Shown here: piece by piece, positions 28,489 to 40,043 of the stretch | Layout of the letters: each line of letters starts with the position of its first letter | Position numbering within the stretch: position 1 is the first letter of the stretch | DNA from: Oligoflexia bacterium | GTDB lineage: Bacteria > Bdellovibrionota > UBA1018 | DNA: 57,277 nt | Assembly (NCBI GenBank): GCA_903881565.1 | Contig: CAIRTR010000045.1 | Coordinates: 1-57,277 of the forward strand | Reading direction: 5' to 3' | Notes under the pieces: generated by a model | The model's database searches: none | Told to the model about the DNA's origin: nothing | The model's input: only the letters and a program-made list of their open reading frames with translations | Made by a program: the position numbers and the translations under genes

Positions 28489-30266
28489 GTAAAATATTTG
28501 TAGGATTGTTGGCGATATTGATTTCTCTTTCCTCATGCACCAAGAAAAACGACGACGGCGGACTCGCGGTTTTTCACGGGTCTTTTATCGATGACATCAA
28601 ATCCCTTGACCCCGCCAGTGCCTACGACACTCTGAGCTTGGATATTCTGCCTTCGATTTATGAAACCCTGTATCAGTATTCGTATTTGGCGATTCCCTAT
28701 GCGGTGGAACCCCTCTTGGCAGCTGACATGCCGAAGTTTTCGGCGGACCGATTGACGGTCACGATCCCGATCCGGCAAGGAATTCATTTTCAAGACGACG
28801 CCTGTTTTAAAGCCAACAACGGAAAAGGACGCGAACTCAAGGCCCAGGATTTTGTCTACGCTTTCAAGCGTCTCGCGCTGCCCTCACCCGTATCGGCAGG
28901 ATTCTGGATCTTGAGCGAGAAGGTGGTGGGCGTTAATGCCTTTCACGACAAGATCGCCAACGCGGATAAAGCAGCCCGCGAGAAAATTATGGAGGAGCCC
29001 CTCGAAGGCGTTCGCGCATTGGATGATTACACCCTTCAAATCAAGCTCACAAAACCTTATCCTCAGATACTTTACGTCCTCGCGATGGGCTTTTCGGCTC
29101 CAGTTGCGCATGAGGTAGTCGAAGCCTATGGAGACGACAAAGGCAGTATCACGGAGCATCCCGTGGGAACGGGTCCCTTTACTCTCAAGACGTGGGATCG
29201 CGGCCGCCAAATCGTCTTGGATCGCAACCCCACTTTTCACACCGACTTTTACCCCACCAAAGCCGCTGATCGTTTTCGCGAGCGCGGCCTACTGGCGGAC
29301 GCGGGCGCGAGACTCCCCATGCTTGATCGCGTTTCGATCAACATTATCAAAGAACATCAGCCTTCTTGGCTTAATTTCATGAAGGGGAACCAAGATGTCG
29401 TCGCCATCCCGCGCGATAGCTTTTCGCAAGCCATTGCAAATAGTGCAGGACTGAGTCCGCAGCTGGCAAAAAAGGGCATTCAACTGAACATCGAAACCGG
29501 CACCCACTTCTACTACATTTCTTTTAACGCCAAAGACAAGATCGTGGGCCAAAATAAAGCGCTAAGACAAGCAATGTCTTCGGCCATCAATCGTGAAAAA
29601 TGGATTGAGATTTTTACCAACAAAACAGGAATGAAAGCGGGCGGCTTACTCCCTCCGCGAATCCCGGATCGCCCGCAGTTTCAGACTCTCAAATACGATT
29701 ACAATCTTGAACGTGCCCGAGAACTCATGAAAAAAGCTGGTTATCCGGAGGGCAAGGGTTTACCCGAACTCAACTTCGACCTGCGCGGCGCCAACACGGC
29801 CAATCGGCAACTCGGAGAATTTTTTGCGCAACAATTCGCCGCCATCGGCATACGAATCAACGTGATTTACAACACCCTTCCCTCTTTTTTAGAAAAAGGC
29901 AAAACAGGAAACCTCCAGGTTTTTGCGGGCGGATGGGCCATGGACTATCCCGATGCTGAAAATGTATTTCAACTCCTTTATGGCCCGAACAGGGCACCCG
30001 GCACCAACGACTCGAACTTTGACAATGCCGAGTTCAACAAACTCTACGAACAGATCGCCGTGATGGATCCCAGCACCAAGCGCGCTGAGCTCGTCCACCA
30101 CATGGATGACATCGTACAAGAAGAGTGCATCTGGGCACTGGGTTATTACCACGCTGCCTATGAACTCACGCAACCCTGGCTGCTGAATTATCGTGGAAGC
30201 TCGATCATCAATAACAAGTTTAAATACTTTCGAATTGACCGAGAGCTGAAAGCTAAGCAGCCTTAA
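28485..30266 (+). CDS. Family 5 (peptide/nickel) ABC substrate-binding lipoprotein, no adjacent permease
   Basis: Lipobox LSSC; SLDPA, IYETL, PVGTGPF, GWAMDYPD; GTGA overlap with the alaS stop. Confidence 0.88.
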   Translation: MSKIFVGLLAILISLSSCTKKNDDGGLAVFHGSFIDDIKSLDPASAYDTLSLDILPSIYETLYQYSYLAIPYAVEPLLAADMPKFSADRLTVTIPIRQGIHFQDDACFKANNGKGRELKAQDFVYAFKRLALPSPVSAGFWILSEKVVGVNAFHDKIANADKAAREKIMEEPLEGVRALDDYTLQIKLTKPYPQILYVLAMGFSAPVAHEVVEAYGDDKGSITEHPVGTGPFTLKTWDRGRQIVLDRNPTFHTDFYPTKAADRFRERGLLADAGARLPMLDRVSINIIKEHQPSWLNFMKGNQDVVAIPRDSFSQAIANSAGLSPQLAKKGIQLNIETGTHFYYISFNAKDKIVGQNKALRQAMSSAINREKWIEIFTNKTGMKAGGLLPPRIPDRPQFQTLKYDYNLERARELMKKAGYPEGKGLPELNFDLRGANTANRQLGEFFAQQFAAIGIRINVIYNTLPSFLEKGKTGNLQVFAGGWAMDYPDAENVFQLLYGPNRAPGTNDSNFDNAEFNKLYEQIAVMDPSTKRAELVHHMDDIVQEECIWALGYYHAAYELTQPWLLNYRGSSIINNKFKYFRIDRELKAKQP

Positions 30267-31236
30267 AGACTTTTTGCTTCTTGGGAACGAAAACTTTATC
30301 GACAAGTTTGACTAACGGAAGGTCAAATGAGCCATCGCGCCTCGCGGCTTCCCGCAATTTGCGGATGGCGGTGGATACGAGAATTTGAGAATTCGATGAG
30401 TCCCTTCCAATCATGGAACTGAACGCATCTGCAATTGCGACAATTTTGGCTGGGTAGAAGATCGAATTACCACGGATGCCGTTGGGATAACCTCGGCCTG
30501 AGGGTTGCTCGTGATGCTGATAAATAATGAAGCGCGCTCCCTCTGGAACATTCGGAGTTTCCTCGACTCGATGAAGTCCCGCGGCCGGATGTTTTTTGAC
30601 TTGCTCGAGCTCTGCGGGAGTCAGCTCTTGTTCCGCCTTGCCGTAAAGATTTGAATCGATTTCCACAAAACCCACATCATGTAAAAATGCGCCTAAACCC
30701 ACTTGTTCCAGGCTTGCGTGATTAAAGAGACCGGTGGCCTTAGCAATCACAATGCTAAAAATTGAAACTGCAACCGAGTGATAGTAGAGATAATCTCCCT
30801 GCGAGACGAGTCTTAGAATCAAAGCCAACGACCCTGGCGCTTGAGCCATCACATCGACGTAGTTTCGAACTAATTGCTTAGTTTTATCTGCGGTTTCTTC
30901 ACGAACCTCAATCTGGGAGAAGACTTCAGACATATTTTGTTCGGTCATCTCAAGGAGAACCGCAATTTTCCGTTCCTTTGAAACCCCCGGATCCCCAAAG
31001 ACAGCCTGCGCGGAGCGTTCTGCTGCAGCGAGGTATTCGCTCCACTGTTCTTGCCGCACATAGAGTTCACGAACGCCTTTTTGCAAATAGCCCGCGAGGC
31101 GTTGAAAATCGATCCCTGAGCTTCGGGAGAAGACGTGCACAAAATTCCCCTCGGAAAGCTTAAGGAAAACATCAAAGGAGATGTCACGCGTCATGCTGCG
31201 AAACTGATGAATGTCCACCGGTACGAGGCCTTGCAC
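30253..31236 (-). CDS. HD-GYP domain protein (putative c-di-GMP phosphodiesterase)
   Basis: HSVAV, FLHDVG, KKHP, HHEQPSGRGYP, IADAF. Start GTG 31236 or TTG 31293. Confidence 0.85.
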   Translation of the reverse strand: MQGLVPVDIHQFRSMTRDISFDVFLKLSEGNFVHVFSRSSGIDFQRLAGYLQKGVRELYVRQEQWSEYLAAAERSAQAVFGDPGVSKERKIAVLLEMTEQNMSEVFSQIEVREETADKTKQLVRNYVDVMAQAPGSLALILRLVSQGDYLYYHSVAVSIFSIVIAKATGLFNHASLEQVGLGAFLHDVGFVEIDSNLYGKAEQELTPAELEQVKKHPAAGLHRVEETPNVPEGARFIIYQHHEQPSGRGYPNGIRGNSIFYPAKIVAIADAFSSMIGRDSSNSQILVSTAIRKLREAARRDGSFDLPLVKLVDKVFVPKKQKVFKAA

Positions 31237-31374
31237 ATTTATAGGATCGGAAGAACGGGCGAAATTCCTGAAAAAAATTGGCCCCCAATTCAACAGCGCG
31301 TAACTATTAATTTATTACCATCATCACACAAACGAGTGCGTTCCCGCGTCCGCCTTTATAAACTGACTCATGCC

Positions 31375-33153
31375 ATGACCTTAAACCGACAGGCCGCCCA
31401 CCTTATTGAGCGCTCCTTTGATGAATTCTTTCGAGAATTCGGTGCCATCACATTAAAGGCCCAAGAACGCTTTGAGAAGCGAAACTGGCACGGCGCACTT
31501 CACGACTCCGTGGAGCGCTTGGATCTGCGCGGGCTTTGGGTTGAAAAAACGATCGCGAAACTCACGGCGCTCCTTGGCCCCCGCCTCGAGGATCGCGACC
31601 TTTGGACTGTGATCAAAGAAGACTATCGCAAAGAGGCGTCACAGCGCCCTGATGTGGAGCTTGCAGAAATCTTCTACAGCTCTGTCACCCGAAAGATTTT
31701 CGCAACCGTCGGCGTCGATCCGTCCGTTGAATTTACCGCTGCCGAATGCTCACAAGGAATGCTGGATCCCTGCCTCGCCGCGGAGATCTTCAAGACATTC
31801 GTTTTTGAGGGAAGTGCAGAGGCGCTGATATCCAGCATTCTGGATTTTTTCAAATTCAAGGTCCCGTTCGCTGATCCCGATCAGGAGGCCGAACGCGCAG
31901 CGGAGGTTCTTCATGGATTTCTCAGCCATACTCCTGACGCAGCCCCCCTGCATTCAGTCGATATTCTGAAGCCCATCTTTTACCGCGGCCACGGCGCCTA
32001 TCTCATCGGTCGACTGTGGCGAGGACTGGAAACGACACCCTTTATCTTGCCCCTATTGAATTCTGATGAAGGAATCCATCTCGATGCCCTTCTCCTGGAA
32101 AAAAGAGATGCCGCGATCGTCTTCAGCTTCACGCGCTCCTACTTTCGGGTCCAGATTGATCGCCCCCATGAAGTGAATCTGTTCTTAAAATCCATCCTGC
32201 CGCTCAAGCGCACGAGCGAGCTCTATATTTCGGTCGGCCACAATAAGTACGGCAAAACCGAGCTTTACCGAGAAATCATGGAAGATCTCGCCTCAACCGA
32301 AGACCAGTTCGAGGTCGCCCCTGGGGACAAGGGGATGGTGATGGCCGTTTTTACGCTTCCCTCACTCAGTCTTGTCTTTAAAGTAATTCGTGACCGCTTT
32401 CCCCCCTCAAAATCCATGACCCCTCAGGAAGTGAAACAAAAATACCAACTCGTCTTTCATCATGACCGAGCCGGCCGCCTGGTAGATGCGCAGGAGTTCG
32501 AACGTCTGAGCTTTGACCTCAAACGCTTCTCCAAGGCCGTATTAGATGAACTGCTTGCGGAGTGTGCGGACACCGTAAAAATCGAAGGCGACCATGTCCT
32601 GATCAAGCACCTTTATGTTGAACGCCGAATCACCCCGTTAAATCTTTTTCTCAGGCAAAGTGATGCGGCCATTGCCGATCAAGCCGTGATTGATTACGGC
32701 CAGTCCCTCAAAGATCTTGCCGCCACGAACACTTTTCCCGGGGATTTGTTACTCAAGAACTTTGGAGTGACTCGGGCTGGGCGCGTGATCTTCTATGATT
32801 ATGATGAACTGGCGCTGGTCGTCGATTGTAATTTCAGGGAGCTGCCCACTGCCTCAACTCATGAAGACGAAACTCGCGGGGAGCCTTGGTTTTATGTTGG
32901 GGAACGCGATATTTTTCCAGAAGAGTTTTTGAGATTTTTGAACTTCTCCGATCGGCAAAGACAGGTTTTTCTTGAACATCACGCAGAGATTCTGACCGCT
33001 GGATTTTGGCTCAAAATGCAGACGCGCTTACGCGCGGGCGAAGTCGTCGACATTTTTCCTTACCGTGAAGACCAACGCCTTTGTAATTTACTAAGAACCT
33101 CCCCTAACTCGAATACGAAAGGAACTTCCCATGAAACTCACCTCCCCACTTAG
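31375..33153 (+). CDS. aceK: Isocitrate dehydrogenase kinase/phosphatase
   Basis: [57 protein letters not shown]. Start reassigned to ATG 31375. Confidence 0.95.
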   Translation: MTLNRQAAHLIERSFDEFFREFGAITLKAQERFEKRNWHGALHDSVERLDLRGLWVEKTIAKLTALLGPRLEDRDLWTVIKEDYRKEASQRPDVELAEIFYSSVTRKIFATVGVDPSVEFTAAECSQGMLDPCLAAEIFKTFVFEGSAEALISSILDFFKFKVPFADPDQEAERAAEVLHGFLSHTPDAAPLHSVDILKPIFYRGHGAYLIGRLWRGLETTPFILPLLNSDEGIHLDALLLEKRDAAIVFSFTRSYFRVQIDRPHEVNLFLKSILPLKRTSELYISVGHNKYGKTELYREIMEDLASTEDQFEVAPGDKGMVMAVFTLPSLSLVFKVIRDRFPPSKSMTPQEVKQKYQLVFHHDRAGRLVDAQEFERLSFDLKRFSKAVLDELLAECADTVKIEGDHVLIKHLYVERRITPLNLFLRQSDAAIADQAVIDYGQSLKDLAATNTFPGDLLLKNFGVTRAGRVIFYDYDELALVVDCNFRELPTASTHEDETRGEPWFYVGERDIFPEEFLRFLNFSDRQRQVFLEHHAEILTAGFWLKMQTRLRAGEVVDIFPYREDQRLCNLLRTSPNSNTKGTSHETHLPT

Positions 33154-36100
33154 CTCACGCGCCGCTGAAGTCATTAACGAAAAAGCCCTGGCCTTTGTTG
33201 CCGACCTTCATCGCCAATTCAGTTGGCGAGTGGATGAAGTCCTTGCCCGCAGACAAGAACGGCAAGCGCGCTTTGACTCGGGAGAATTGCCGAATTTTCT
33301 TCCTGAGACTGAGAAGACCCGAACCTCAGAGTGGACGGTCGCGCCGCTCCCTCAGGATCTCCTGGATCGCCGAGTTGAGATCACAGGCCCCGTCGAGCGA
33401 AAAATGATCATCAACGCCTTAAACTCAGGCGCTTCGGTTTTCATGGCGGACTTTGAGGACTCCAATTCACCTACCTGGGAAAATGTCACAGAAGGGCAAG
33501 TCAATCTCGCCGATGCGATTCGTCGGACGATCACCTACACCGCAGCCGATACCGGCAAGCATTACAAATTGAACGAAAACCCGGCCGTGCTTTTTGTCCG
33601 CCCACGCGGTTGGCACCTTATCGAAAAGCATATGACGGTGGATGGCCGCAAGACGCCGGCGGCCTTGTTTGATTTTGGGATCTATTTTTTCCACAACGCG
33701 CGCGAACTGATGGCGCGAAAAACGGGACCCTATTTTTATCTGCCTAAAATGGAGAGCCATCTTGAGGCGAAACTTTGGAACGATATCTTTGTGTACGCAC
33801 AGAAGAGGCTTGAGATTCCTCAAGGAACGATCAAGGCGACTTGTTTGATTGAGACCTTGCCTGCGGCGTTTGAGATGAACGAGATCCTGTTTGAACTGCG
33901 CGATCACTCCGCAGGCCTTAATTGCGGCCGTTGGGACTACATTTTTTCGTACATCAAGCGCAATCGCAATAACCCGGCGTTTGTGTTGCCGGATCGCACT
34001 CAAGTCACGATGGACCAGTCGTTTCTCAACGCTTATGTGCAGCTCTTGATTCAGACCTGTCATCACCGAGGCGTGCATGCCATGGGAGGGATGGCGGCTC
34101 AAATCCCGATCAAAGACGATCCAAAAGCCAACGAACTAGCCTTCGCGAAAGTTCGGGCCGATAAACTTCGTGAAGTCAAAGCAGGGCACGATGGAACCTG
34201 GGTCGCCCATCCTGGATTAGTCGGGACCGCCAAAGCCATTTTTGATGAACACATGACGGGCCCCAATCAGCTCTCAAACAAGCGCGAGGACGTGAAGGTC
34301 ACCCAACTCGAACTGCTGGATGTTCCAAAAGGAACCAAGACCGAAGAAGGTCTGCGCCACATGATCCGCGTTTCAATTCAATACATCGAATCTTGGCTCA
34401 GAGGCTCTGGCTGCGTTCCGATCTACAATCTCATGGAAGACGCGGCCACGGCCGAGATCAGTCGCGCCCAGGTCTGGCAATGGATTCGCCACGGAGTCAC
34501 CCTCAGTAACGGCAAACAAGTGACGGCCGCACTCTTTCGCCAAACCTTAGCTGAAGAAATGGACGCGATACATCTTGAAGTCGGGGACCGCAAATACCTG
34601 CAGGGTCGATTCAGTGAAGCCCGCGAGCTTTTTGAAAAGATCTCCACTTCTTCTACGTTTGGCGAGTTTCTGACCCTACCCGCCTACGACGTGCTTACGC
34701 AGGAGTCGAATACTTCCGCCGCGTTTCATCCCGATCCAAGGCGCTGGGAGGGGATCAAACGTAACTACACGGGCACTGATGTGGATAAGCTCAGAGGCAG
34801 TGTGCAAATTGAGCACACGCTGGCCCGCATGGGATCGTTGAGACTCTGGGATCTTCTGCACACCGAACCCTACGTCAATTCGTTGGGAGCGCTCACGGGC
34901 CAACAAGCCGTTCAGATGGTTAAGGCTGGACTCAAGGCGATTTACCTCTCAGGCTGGCAGGTCGCAGCCGATGCGAACAATGCTTCGCAGACGTATCCTG
35001 ACCAATCGCTTTACCCCGCCGACTCCGTTCCAAAAGTCGTTCAACGAATCAATCGCGCGTTTCAGCGCGCGGATCAAATCGCACACTCTGAAGGCAAAGA
35101 TGGGACTCACTGGTTTGCGCCCATTATGGCCGATGCCGAAGCAGGTTTCGGGGGACCGCTGAATGCCTATGAGCTCATGAAGGGAATGATTGAAGCCGGC
35201 GCCGCTGGAGTTCATTTTGAGGATCAAGTGGCGAGTGAGAAAAAGTGCGGGCATTTGGGGGGTAAGGTGCTCGTGCCGGTTTCGCAATTTATTCGTACCC
35301 TCACCGCCGCCCGTCTAGCTGCTGACGTCATGGGCGTGCCGACCTTGCTCGTTGCGCGGACCGATGCGGATTCCGCAAAACTCATTATGAGTGACGTGGA
35401 TCCTTATGATGCGCCTTATGTCGATAAGTCAAAGGGTCGCACGCCAGAAGGGTTTTACTACCTCAAAGGTGGGGTCGATTGCGCGATACATCGGGCTCTG
35501 GCTTACGCTCCTTATGCCGACATCTTGTGGTGTGAAACCTCGAAGCCTGATCTCAAAGAGGCGCGCGAGTTTGCCGAAGGAGTGCATGCGAAATTTCCAG
35601 GCAAGATGCTTGCCTACAATTGCTCTCCCTCCTTTAATTGGAAAAAGAACTTGGACGATGCGACGATTGCGAAGTTTCAAACTGAGCTTGGGGCCATGGG
35701 CTACAAGTTCCAGTTCGTAACCCTTGCCGGTTTCCATGCCTTGAATTTTTCGATCTTCAGTCTAGCGCGTGAGTACCGCGAACGTGGAATGGCTGCGTAC
35801 TCTGAACTGCAGGAAAACGAGTTTGCAGCAGAGAAGTCAGGTTACACGGCCACACGCCATCAACAAGAGGTGGGCACGGGATATTTCGATCAGGTGCTTG
35901 AAGCGATTACGGGCGGACAGTCTTCAACCAAGGCCCTGGAGGGCTCGACCGAAGCCGCGCAATTTACCACCACCGATCGCTTTGCGGCATCACGTGAGAC
36001 GATGTCCAAGGATCACCATCACCTTGATGGCATCATCATGGGGGTTCGTGTTTCGAAAAACTCAAAGGACGCAAAATCAATTACCGCTTCAATTCTGGAG

Positions 36101-36385
36101 CTTGGGAGTTTCCTGAAGGTGCACTTCGAGCGCGAAGAGCATGACGACGGCGTGTTTGGGATTCTGGCCAAGCAAGGCAAAGACGCCCGCGTGGACGGCC
36201 TGATTCAAGAGCACCGCGAAATCAAGCTCGCCATCGATTCGCTGATCTCAGAGTCAAAGCGAGGAGCCTCAACCGATGTGCTCTCAGAGCGTGCAGAGGC
36301 CATCGCAGTCATGCTCAGACAGCACGAACACAAGGAGCATGAGCTGGTCGAATCAATAGCGGTAGCCGAGACCAATCGTCGGTGA
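33131..36385 (+). CDS. aceB-aceA: Fused malate synthase A - isocitrate lyase - hemerythrin-like protein
   Basis: MS: [40 protein letters not shown] (to about 34693). ICL: [41 protein letters not shown] (to about 35965). Tail: H..HFEREE..EH..HEHKE. Confidence 0.93.
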   Translation: MKLTSPLSSRAAEVINEKALAFVADLHRQFSWRVDEVLARRQERQARFDSGELPNFLPETEKTRTSEWTVAPLPQDLLDRRVEITGPVERKMIINALNSGASVFMADFEDSNSPTWENVTEGQVNLADAIRRTITYTAADTGKHYKLNENPAVLFVRPRGWHLIEKHMTVDGRKTPAALFDFGIYFFHNARELMARKTGPYFYLPKMESHLEAKLWNDIFVYAQKRLEIPQGTIKATCLIETLPAAFEMNEILFELRDHSAGLNCGRWDYIFSYIKRNRNNPAFVLPDRTQVTMDQSFLNAYVQLLIQTCHHRGVHAMGGMAAQIPIKDDPKANELAFAKVRADKLREVKAGHDGTWVAHPGLVGTAKAIFDEHMTGPNQLSNKREDVKVTQLELLDVPKGTKTEEGLRHMIRVSIQYIESWLRGSGCVPIYNLMEDAATAEISRAQVWQWIRHGVTLSNGKQVTAALFRQTLAEEMDAIHLEVGDRKYLQGRFSEARELFEKISTSSTFGEFLTLPAYDVLTQESNTSAAFHPDPRRWEGIKRNYTGTDVDKLRGSVQIEHTLARMGSLRLWDLLHTEPYVNSLGALTGQQAVQMVKAGLKAIYLSGWQVAADANNASQTYPDQSLYPADSVPKVVQRINRAFQRADQIAHSEGKDGTHWFAPIMADAEAGFGGPLNAYELMKGMIEAGAAGVHFEDQVASEKKCGHLGGKVLVPVSQFIRTLTAARLAADVMGVPTLLVARTDADSAKLIMSDVDPYDAPYVDKSKGRTPEGFYYLKGGVDCAIHRALAYAPYADILWCETSKPDLKEAREFAEGVHAKFPGKMLAYNCSPSFNWKKNLDDATIAKFQTELGAMGYKFQFVTLAGFHALNFSIFSLAREYRERGMAAYSELQENEFAAEKSGYTATRHQQEVGTGYFDQVLEAITGGQSSTKALEGSTEAAQFTTTDRFAASRETMSKDHHHLDGIIMGVRVSKNSKDAKSITASILELGSFLKVHFEREEHDDGVFGILAKQGKDARVDGLIQEHREIKLAIDSLISESKRGASTDVLSERAEAIAVMLRQHEHKEHELVESIAVAETNRR

Positions 36386-36940
36386 GAGAATGCCAGGATT
36401 TGGCGAATCGCCAAAGCTCACGAGGTATTGCATACCGACGTTTGCAGTGAAGCCGGAATGAATTTCAAATTCGACGTCAAAGTTTGGCATGAGGGCAAAT
36501 TTCGACTTCGTGATTTCAGGTGAAGCTGTGGATGATGCCGTATTGAACGTATCGACCTGGGTCGAGAGCGAAAACACGCCCACAGCCATTCCGAAGGTCA
36601 TCGTGGCAAGTCCCTTGTAGATCGAGAAGCCAGGCGAAAGACCCAAGAAATAACTTTTCACTTCCGTGCGCACTTGAGCCGCGGGAACGGAGCTGTCAGT
36701 TCCTGAGCAATGAAAATTTACTTTTCCCACACCCGTGATCCCAAATCCACCCATCGTTCGATAACCCAGGTCCAATCCCATCCCCATGGCCGTACTCACG
36801 GTGGGGATATTGGAGTACAATGACGGGCCCATCTTGGCCCGCGCGAAGATCGTGTCTCCGTCAGAGGCGGACGCATAGCGTGCCGCAAAAGTGACGGAGG
36901 TAAGAGCGAGGATCAAGGTCAGCAGTAGTTTTGTTTTCAT
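36353..36940 (-). CDS. Small outer membrane beta-barrel protein
   Basis: Signal peptide (ASA), alternating beta pattern, C-terminal GLGYRY. Confidence 0.75.
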   Translation of the reverse strand: MKTKLLLTLILALTSVTFAARYASASDGDTIFARAKMGPSLYSNIPTVSTAMGMGLDLGYRTMGGFGITGVGKVNFHCSGTDSSVPAAQVRTEVKSYFLGLSPGFSIYKGLATMTFGMAVGVFSLSTQVDTFNTASSTASPEITKSKFALMPNFDVEFEIHSGFTANVGMQYLVSFGDSPNPGILSPTIGLGYRY

Positions 36941-37050
36941 GGGTCTATTTGAGCATGGGAGCTTAAGGGGTTCAAGGGGGATGCGAGCGTCAACAAACTA
37001 ACACCCCATCGAAGCTTGGTATTAGCCCATACATTTTGCCAGGATCAGGC

Positions 37051-37129
37051 TTATACGCAATGCCGTATAAAACCGGATATATACGCAAGTCCGTATGAAC
37101 TGGACATTATACGCCATCGCGTATATACT
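37051..37129 (+). promoter_or_regulatory. hipBA promoter with three palindromic operators
   Basis: TATACG-N6-CGTATR at 37052, 37080 and 37108 (28-bp period); TGGACA (37101)-N17-TATACT (37124). Confidence 0.85.
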
Positions 37130-37135
37130 GTAAAA

Positions 37136-37390
37136 ATGCAGCCGAAGCCGCCTAAATCCACTAAGTCAATTGAAGCAATTACAAGAGCACCCGATCAACT
37201 AGGACAAGCCCTTGAGCGCTTTCGCAGACTCAAAGACCTGAGCCAATCCTCATTGGCAATGAGTGCGGGAATCAGACAAGCCACCGTTTCAAATACTGAA
37301 AAGGGGCTAGGAAAAACTGAAATCAACACTCTCTTTGCAATTTGTGCAGCCCTCGGACTGGAAGTCGTGCTGAGAGAACGCCCCAAATGA
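37136..37390 (+). CDS. hipB: HipB-like HTH antitoxin
   Basis: QLGQALERFRRLKDLSQSSLA...GIRQATVSNTEKG; ATGA coupling to hipA. Confidence 0.88.
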   Translation: MQPKPPKSTKSIEAITRAPDQLGQALERFRRLKDLSQSSLAMSAGIRQATVSNTEKGLGKTEINTLFAICAALGLEVVLRERPK

Positions 37391-38697
37391 TTATTGCGCA
37401 AAAAAGAAGGGGCCAAAGAGAGCGTCTCTCCCTATTCATGAATAGCGTAGCTGTTGGCCACCTCGACAGAGAACCGGCAGGCGGACTTTCTTTTACCTAT
37501 GATCAATCCTGGCTTGGCGACGAAAACCCTTTCCCTATTTCGCGACAATTACCCCTTAAAGAAATGCCGTTCACTGGAAAAGCCGTCCGAAACTATTTCG
37601 ACAATCTTTTACCTGATGATCCGCGGATCAGGGAGCGAATTGCATCACAAGCAAGCGCTGCCGGAACCCAATCCTTTGATCTTTTAGCGGCTCTGGGGAG
37701 AGACTGTGTCGGTGCTCTGCAGTTTTATCCAGAAAGCGCAACGCCTGGGCCGCTTAAGCCCGCAAAAGGTAACCCCATCTCAGTCACCGAAATAGCGCAA
37801 ATGCTTCGAGATTTGAGAATCAACCCGCTTGGTATTAATCGCGACTCCGAGTTTCGAATTTCACTTGCAGGCGCACAAAGCAAAACAGCCCTCCACAGGA
37901 AAAACGATCAGTGGATGATTCCTGAAGGATCGACCCCGACAACACACATTCTGAAGCCCGCGATTGGAAAGAATCAAGACGGGCCCGACTTTTCACTCTC
38001 TGTTGAAAACGAATGGCTCTGCCTAAAGATTTTGCATGCCTATGGACTTAATGTCGCAGAGGCAGAGATCGTCGACTTTGAAGACATCAGGGTTCTTGCC
38101 GTAGAACGCTTTGATCGCCAATGGTCTGGAAACAAACTTTTTCGCATCCCCCAAGAAGACTTGTGTCAGGCTTTGGGTGTAGGCCCAGAAAACAAATATG
38201 AATCTGATGGGGGCCCTGGGATTCGCGCCATTCTCGCTCTCCTAAACGAATCGGACCGACGAGATGAGGACCGAAAGAGTTTCATGAAGGCGCAGCTCAT
38301 ATTTTGGCTCATTGGGGCGATTGATGGCCATGCAAAGAATTTTAGCCTCTTCAATCGCCGAGGCGGTGGGTTTATTCTCACTCCGCTTTATGACGTTATG
38401 TCTGCTGACCCCCACGTTAATCCCAAAAATCTCCCGAAAGAGAAGATTAAATTGGCGATGGCGCTTGGGGATAATCGACATTACAAAATAAATGAGATTC
38501 TCCCAAGGCACTGGAAACAAACAGCCGCCAAATGTAAATTTCCACATATTGATGAACTCATTGAAGAAGTGGTCCGGGAAACTGACGGCGCAATTAAGCG
38601 GGCAAGTTCACTTCTACCACGAGGCTTCACAGCGAGAATCAGCGAGCCAATATTTACGGCGATGCGGAAACGAGTGAAAATCTTAAAAGAAGCCTAG
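37387..38697 (+). CDS. hipA: HipA Ser/Thr kinase toxin
   Basis: YFDNLLPD, GRDCVGA, ISLAGAQSK, THILKP, VERFDR, DGHAKNFS, PLYDVMS; all catalytic motifs intact. Confidence 0.95.
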   Translation: MIIAQKRRGQRERLSLFMNSVAVGHLDREPAGGLSFTYDQSWLGDENPFPISRQLPLKEMPFTGKAVRNYFDNLLPDDPRIRERIASQASAAGTQSFDLLAALGRDCVGALQFYPESATPGPLKPAKGNPISVTEIAQMLRDLRINPLGINRDSEFRISLAGAQSKTALHRKNDQWMIPEGSTPTTHILKPAIGKNQDGPDFSLSVENEWLCLKILHAYGLNVAEAEIVDFEDIRVLAVERFDRQWSGNKLFRIPQEDLCQALGVGPENKYESDGGPGIRAILALLNESDRRDEDRKSFMKAQLIFWLIGAIDGHAKNFSLFNRRGGGFILTPLYDVMSADPHVNPKNLPKEKIKLAMALGDNRHYKINEILPRHWKQTAAKCKFPHIDELIEEVVRETDGAIKRASSLLPRGFTARISEPIFTAMRKRVKILKEA

Positions 38698-38699
38698 AA

Positions 38700-39965
38700 C
38701 TATCGCTCCACGCCACGCAAGAAATCCGAAAAATCAAAGACCTCAAACTGCGGATTTAAGTGACGAGACGCGAGCTTGCACCGCCCCCAACTTCCTGACA
38801 ACTCCTTCAAACATGACGCTCTTTCTTTTGCTGTCAGCAGACCAAATTTTGCTTCAACGACACGAAGGGGGGCTTCATGAGTCGCGGGGACAACCGCATC
38901 AAATTCTAGGTCCCCCTCCCAATAACGCTGACTGCCGCGAAAAAACTCCCTACAATGCGACTCAAAGATCTGCGATGCAAAAGTCCGAATGAGCTGAAGC
39001 TTCGCTTCCTTACTGTACTGTGGCCACCGAGAGTGATGAGGGGAGCATACCTTAAACCAAAACCGCAGCACTGAGTCTCGAATAGCGTAAATGCCCCCCT
39101 TGGACTGCCCAAAAGGAACTTCCTTTTCTAAGAATCCTGCCTCCGTCAGTGCTCCAAATGTTTTCGAAAGTTGAGTTTGAGGAATCTCAAGACGTGAGGC
39201 GACTTCCGAGGGTTTCGAAGCCCCGCGACCGACCATTTCCAAGACTGAAAGCGACACTAATCCCCCAATTTTTTCGTCGCTCAAAAGTCGTTTGGCTTCA
39301 TTTTCCAAAATCGCCGAGGATCCAAAATAGAGGCGATCCAGATTCCAAAGAAGGTCTCTGTCCGGATCCATCAAGGTCCAGTACCAAGGAATTCCGCCGG
39401 TGACCGAGAACCATAAAAAGGATTCAATAGTTGAAGTCTTTAAACCAAGTGCTTTGCAAAAATGAGGATAGCCCATTTCCGATAGTTTGATTTCGAGTAT
39501 CGCCCTACCATACAAGGGCGTCGATCGATTAAGGAAAAGGTCATGCATCATTTTCTGACTGGAGCCGGAGAGAATCAGCAACACATCCTTCTTCTTGCGA
39601 TGATCCAGCCATTTTTGAAAGATGCTGGGAACGCTCGAATCGGCGTCCACCAAATAGGGGAACTCATCAATGGCAAGGATGAGTCGCCCTGGAAAACTGT
39701 CCAGCAGTTTGAAAAGTTCGTTCCAAGTTTTTGGAGTGATCCCAAAACTGTGAGTCTCTTGAATGTCCTGACTTATTTGGGCGAGTTGAGCGGCACCATT
39801 ACCTTCAATTGCCTGCACATAAATTCCGCCTACGCGATTCAGCCACTCCGTCAAAAGACGCGTCTTCCCAATTCTCCGACGCCCAAATACAACAACAAGG
39901 CCATTTTTCTTAAGAAGTGAGTCGAATTGAGCCAGCTCCTCGGTTCGGTTCAAAAAGTGATCCAT
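38700..39965 (-). CDS. Archaeal-type AAA ATPase (ATPase_2/DUF234) with wHTH and PD-(D/E)XK-like tail
   Basis: FLNRTEEL, GRRRIGKT, IDEFPYL, LSGS, PLYGR, TGGIPWY, RFWF, EFDAVV...VEAK. Confidence 0.85.
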   Translation of the reverse strand: MDHFLNRTEELAQFDSLLKKNGLVVVFGRRRIGKTRLLTEWLNRVGGIYVQAIEGNGAAQLAQISQDIQETHSFGITPKTWNELFKLLDSFPGRLILAIDEFPYLVDADSSVPSIFQKWLDHRKKKDVLLILSGSSQKMMHDLFLNRSTPLYGRAILEIKLSEMGYPHFCKALGLKTSTIESFLWFSVTGGIPWYWTLMDPDRDLLWNLDRLYFGSSAILENEAKRLLSDEKIGGLVSLSVLEMVGRGASKPSEVASRLEIPQTQLSKTFGALTEAGFLEKEVPFGQSKGGIYAIRDSVLRFWFKVCSPHHSRWPQYSKEAKLQLIRTFASQIFESHCREFFRGSQRYWEGDLEFDAVVPATHEAPLRVVEAKFGLLTAKERASCLKELSGSWGRCKLASRHLNPQFEVFDFSDFLRGVER

Positions 39966-39971
39966 ACGATA

Positions 39972-40010
39972 GATTATCCATCATATGGATAATCCTTGCA
40001 ATGGATAATA
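39972..40010 (-). promoter_or_regulatory. Promoter and palindromic operator of the ATPase gene
   Basis: Minus-strand TTGCAA-N17-GATAAT-N7-ATG; GATTATCCAT-CAT-ATGGATAATC palindrome plus an extra half-site at 40001. Confidence 0.7.
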
Positions 40011-40043
40011 AATGCCCTTTTTTCACCAGTCAGCGTCAAAAGG

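Noticed and set aside
31135-31374. 80-aa N-terminal extension of AceK overlapping the HD-GYP gene
   Set aside because: AceK similarity starts near Met 31375; the extension is an ORF-caller artefact.
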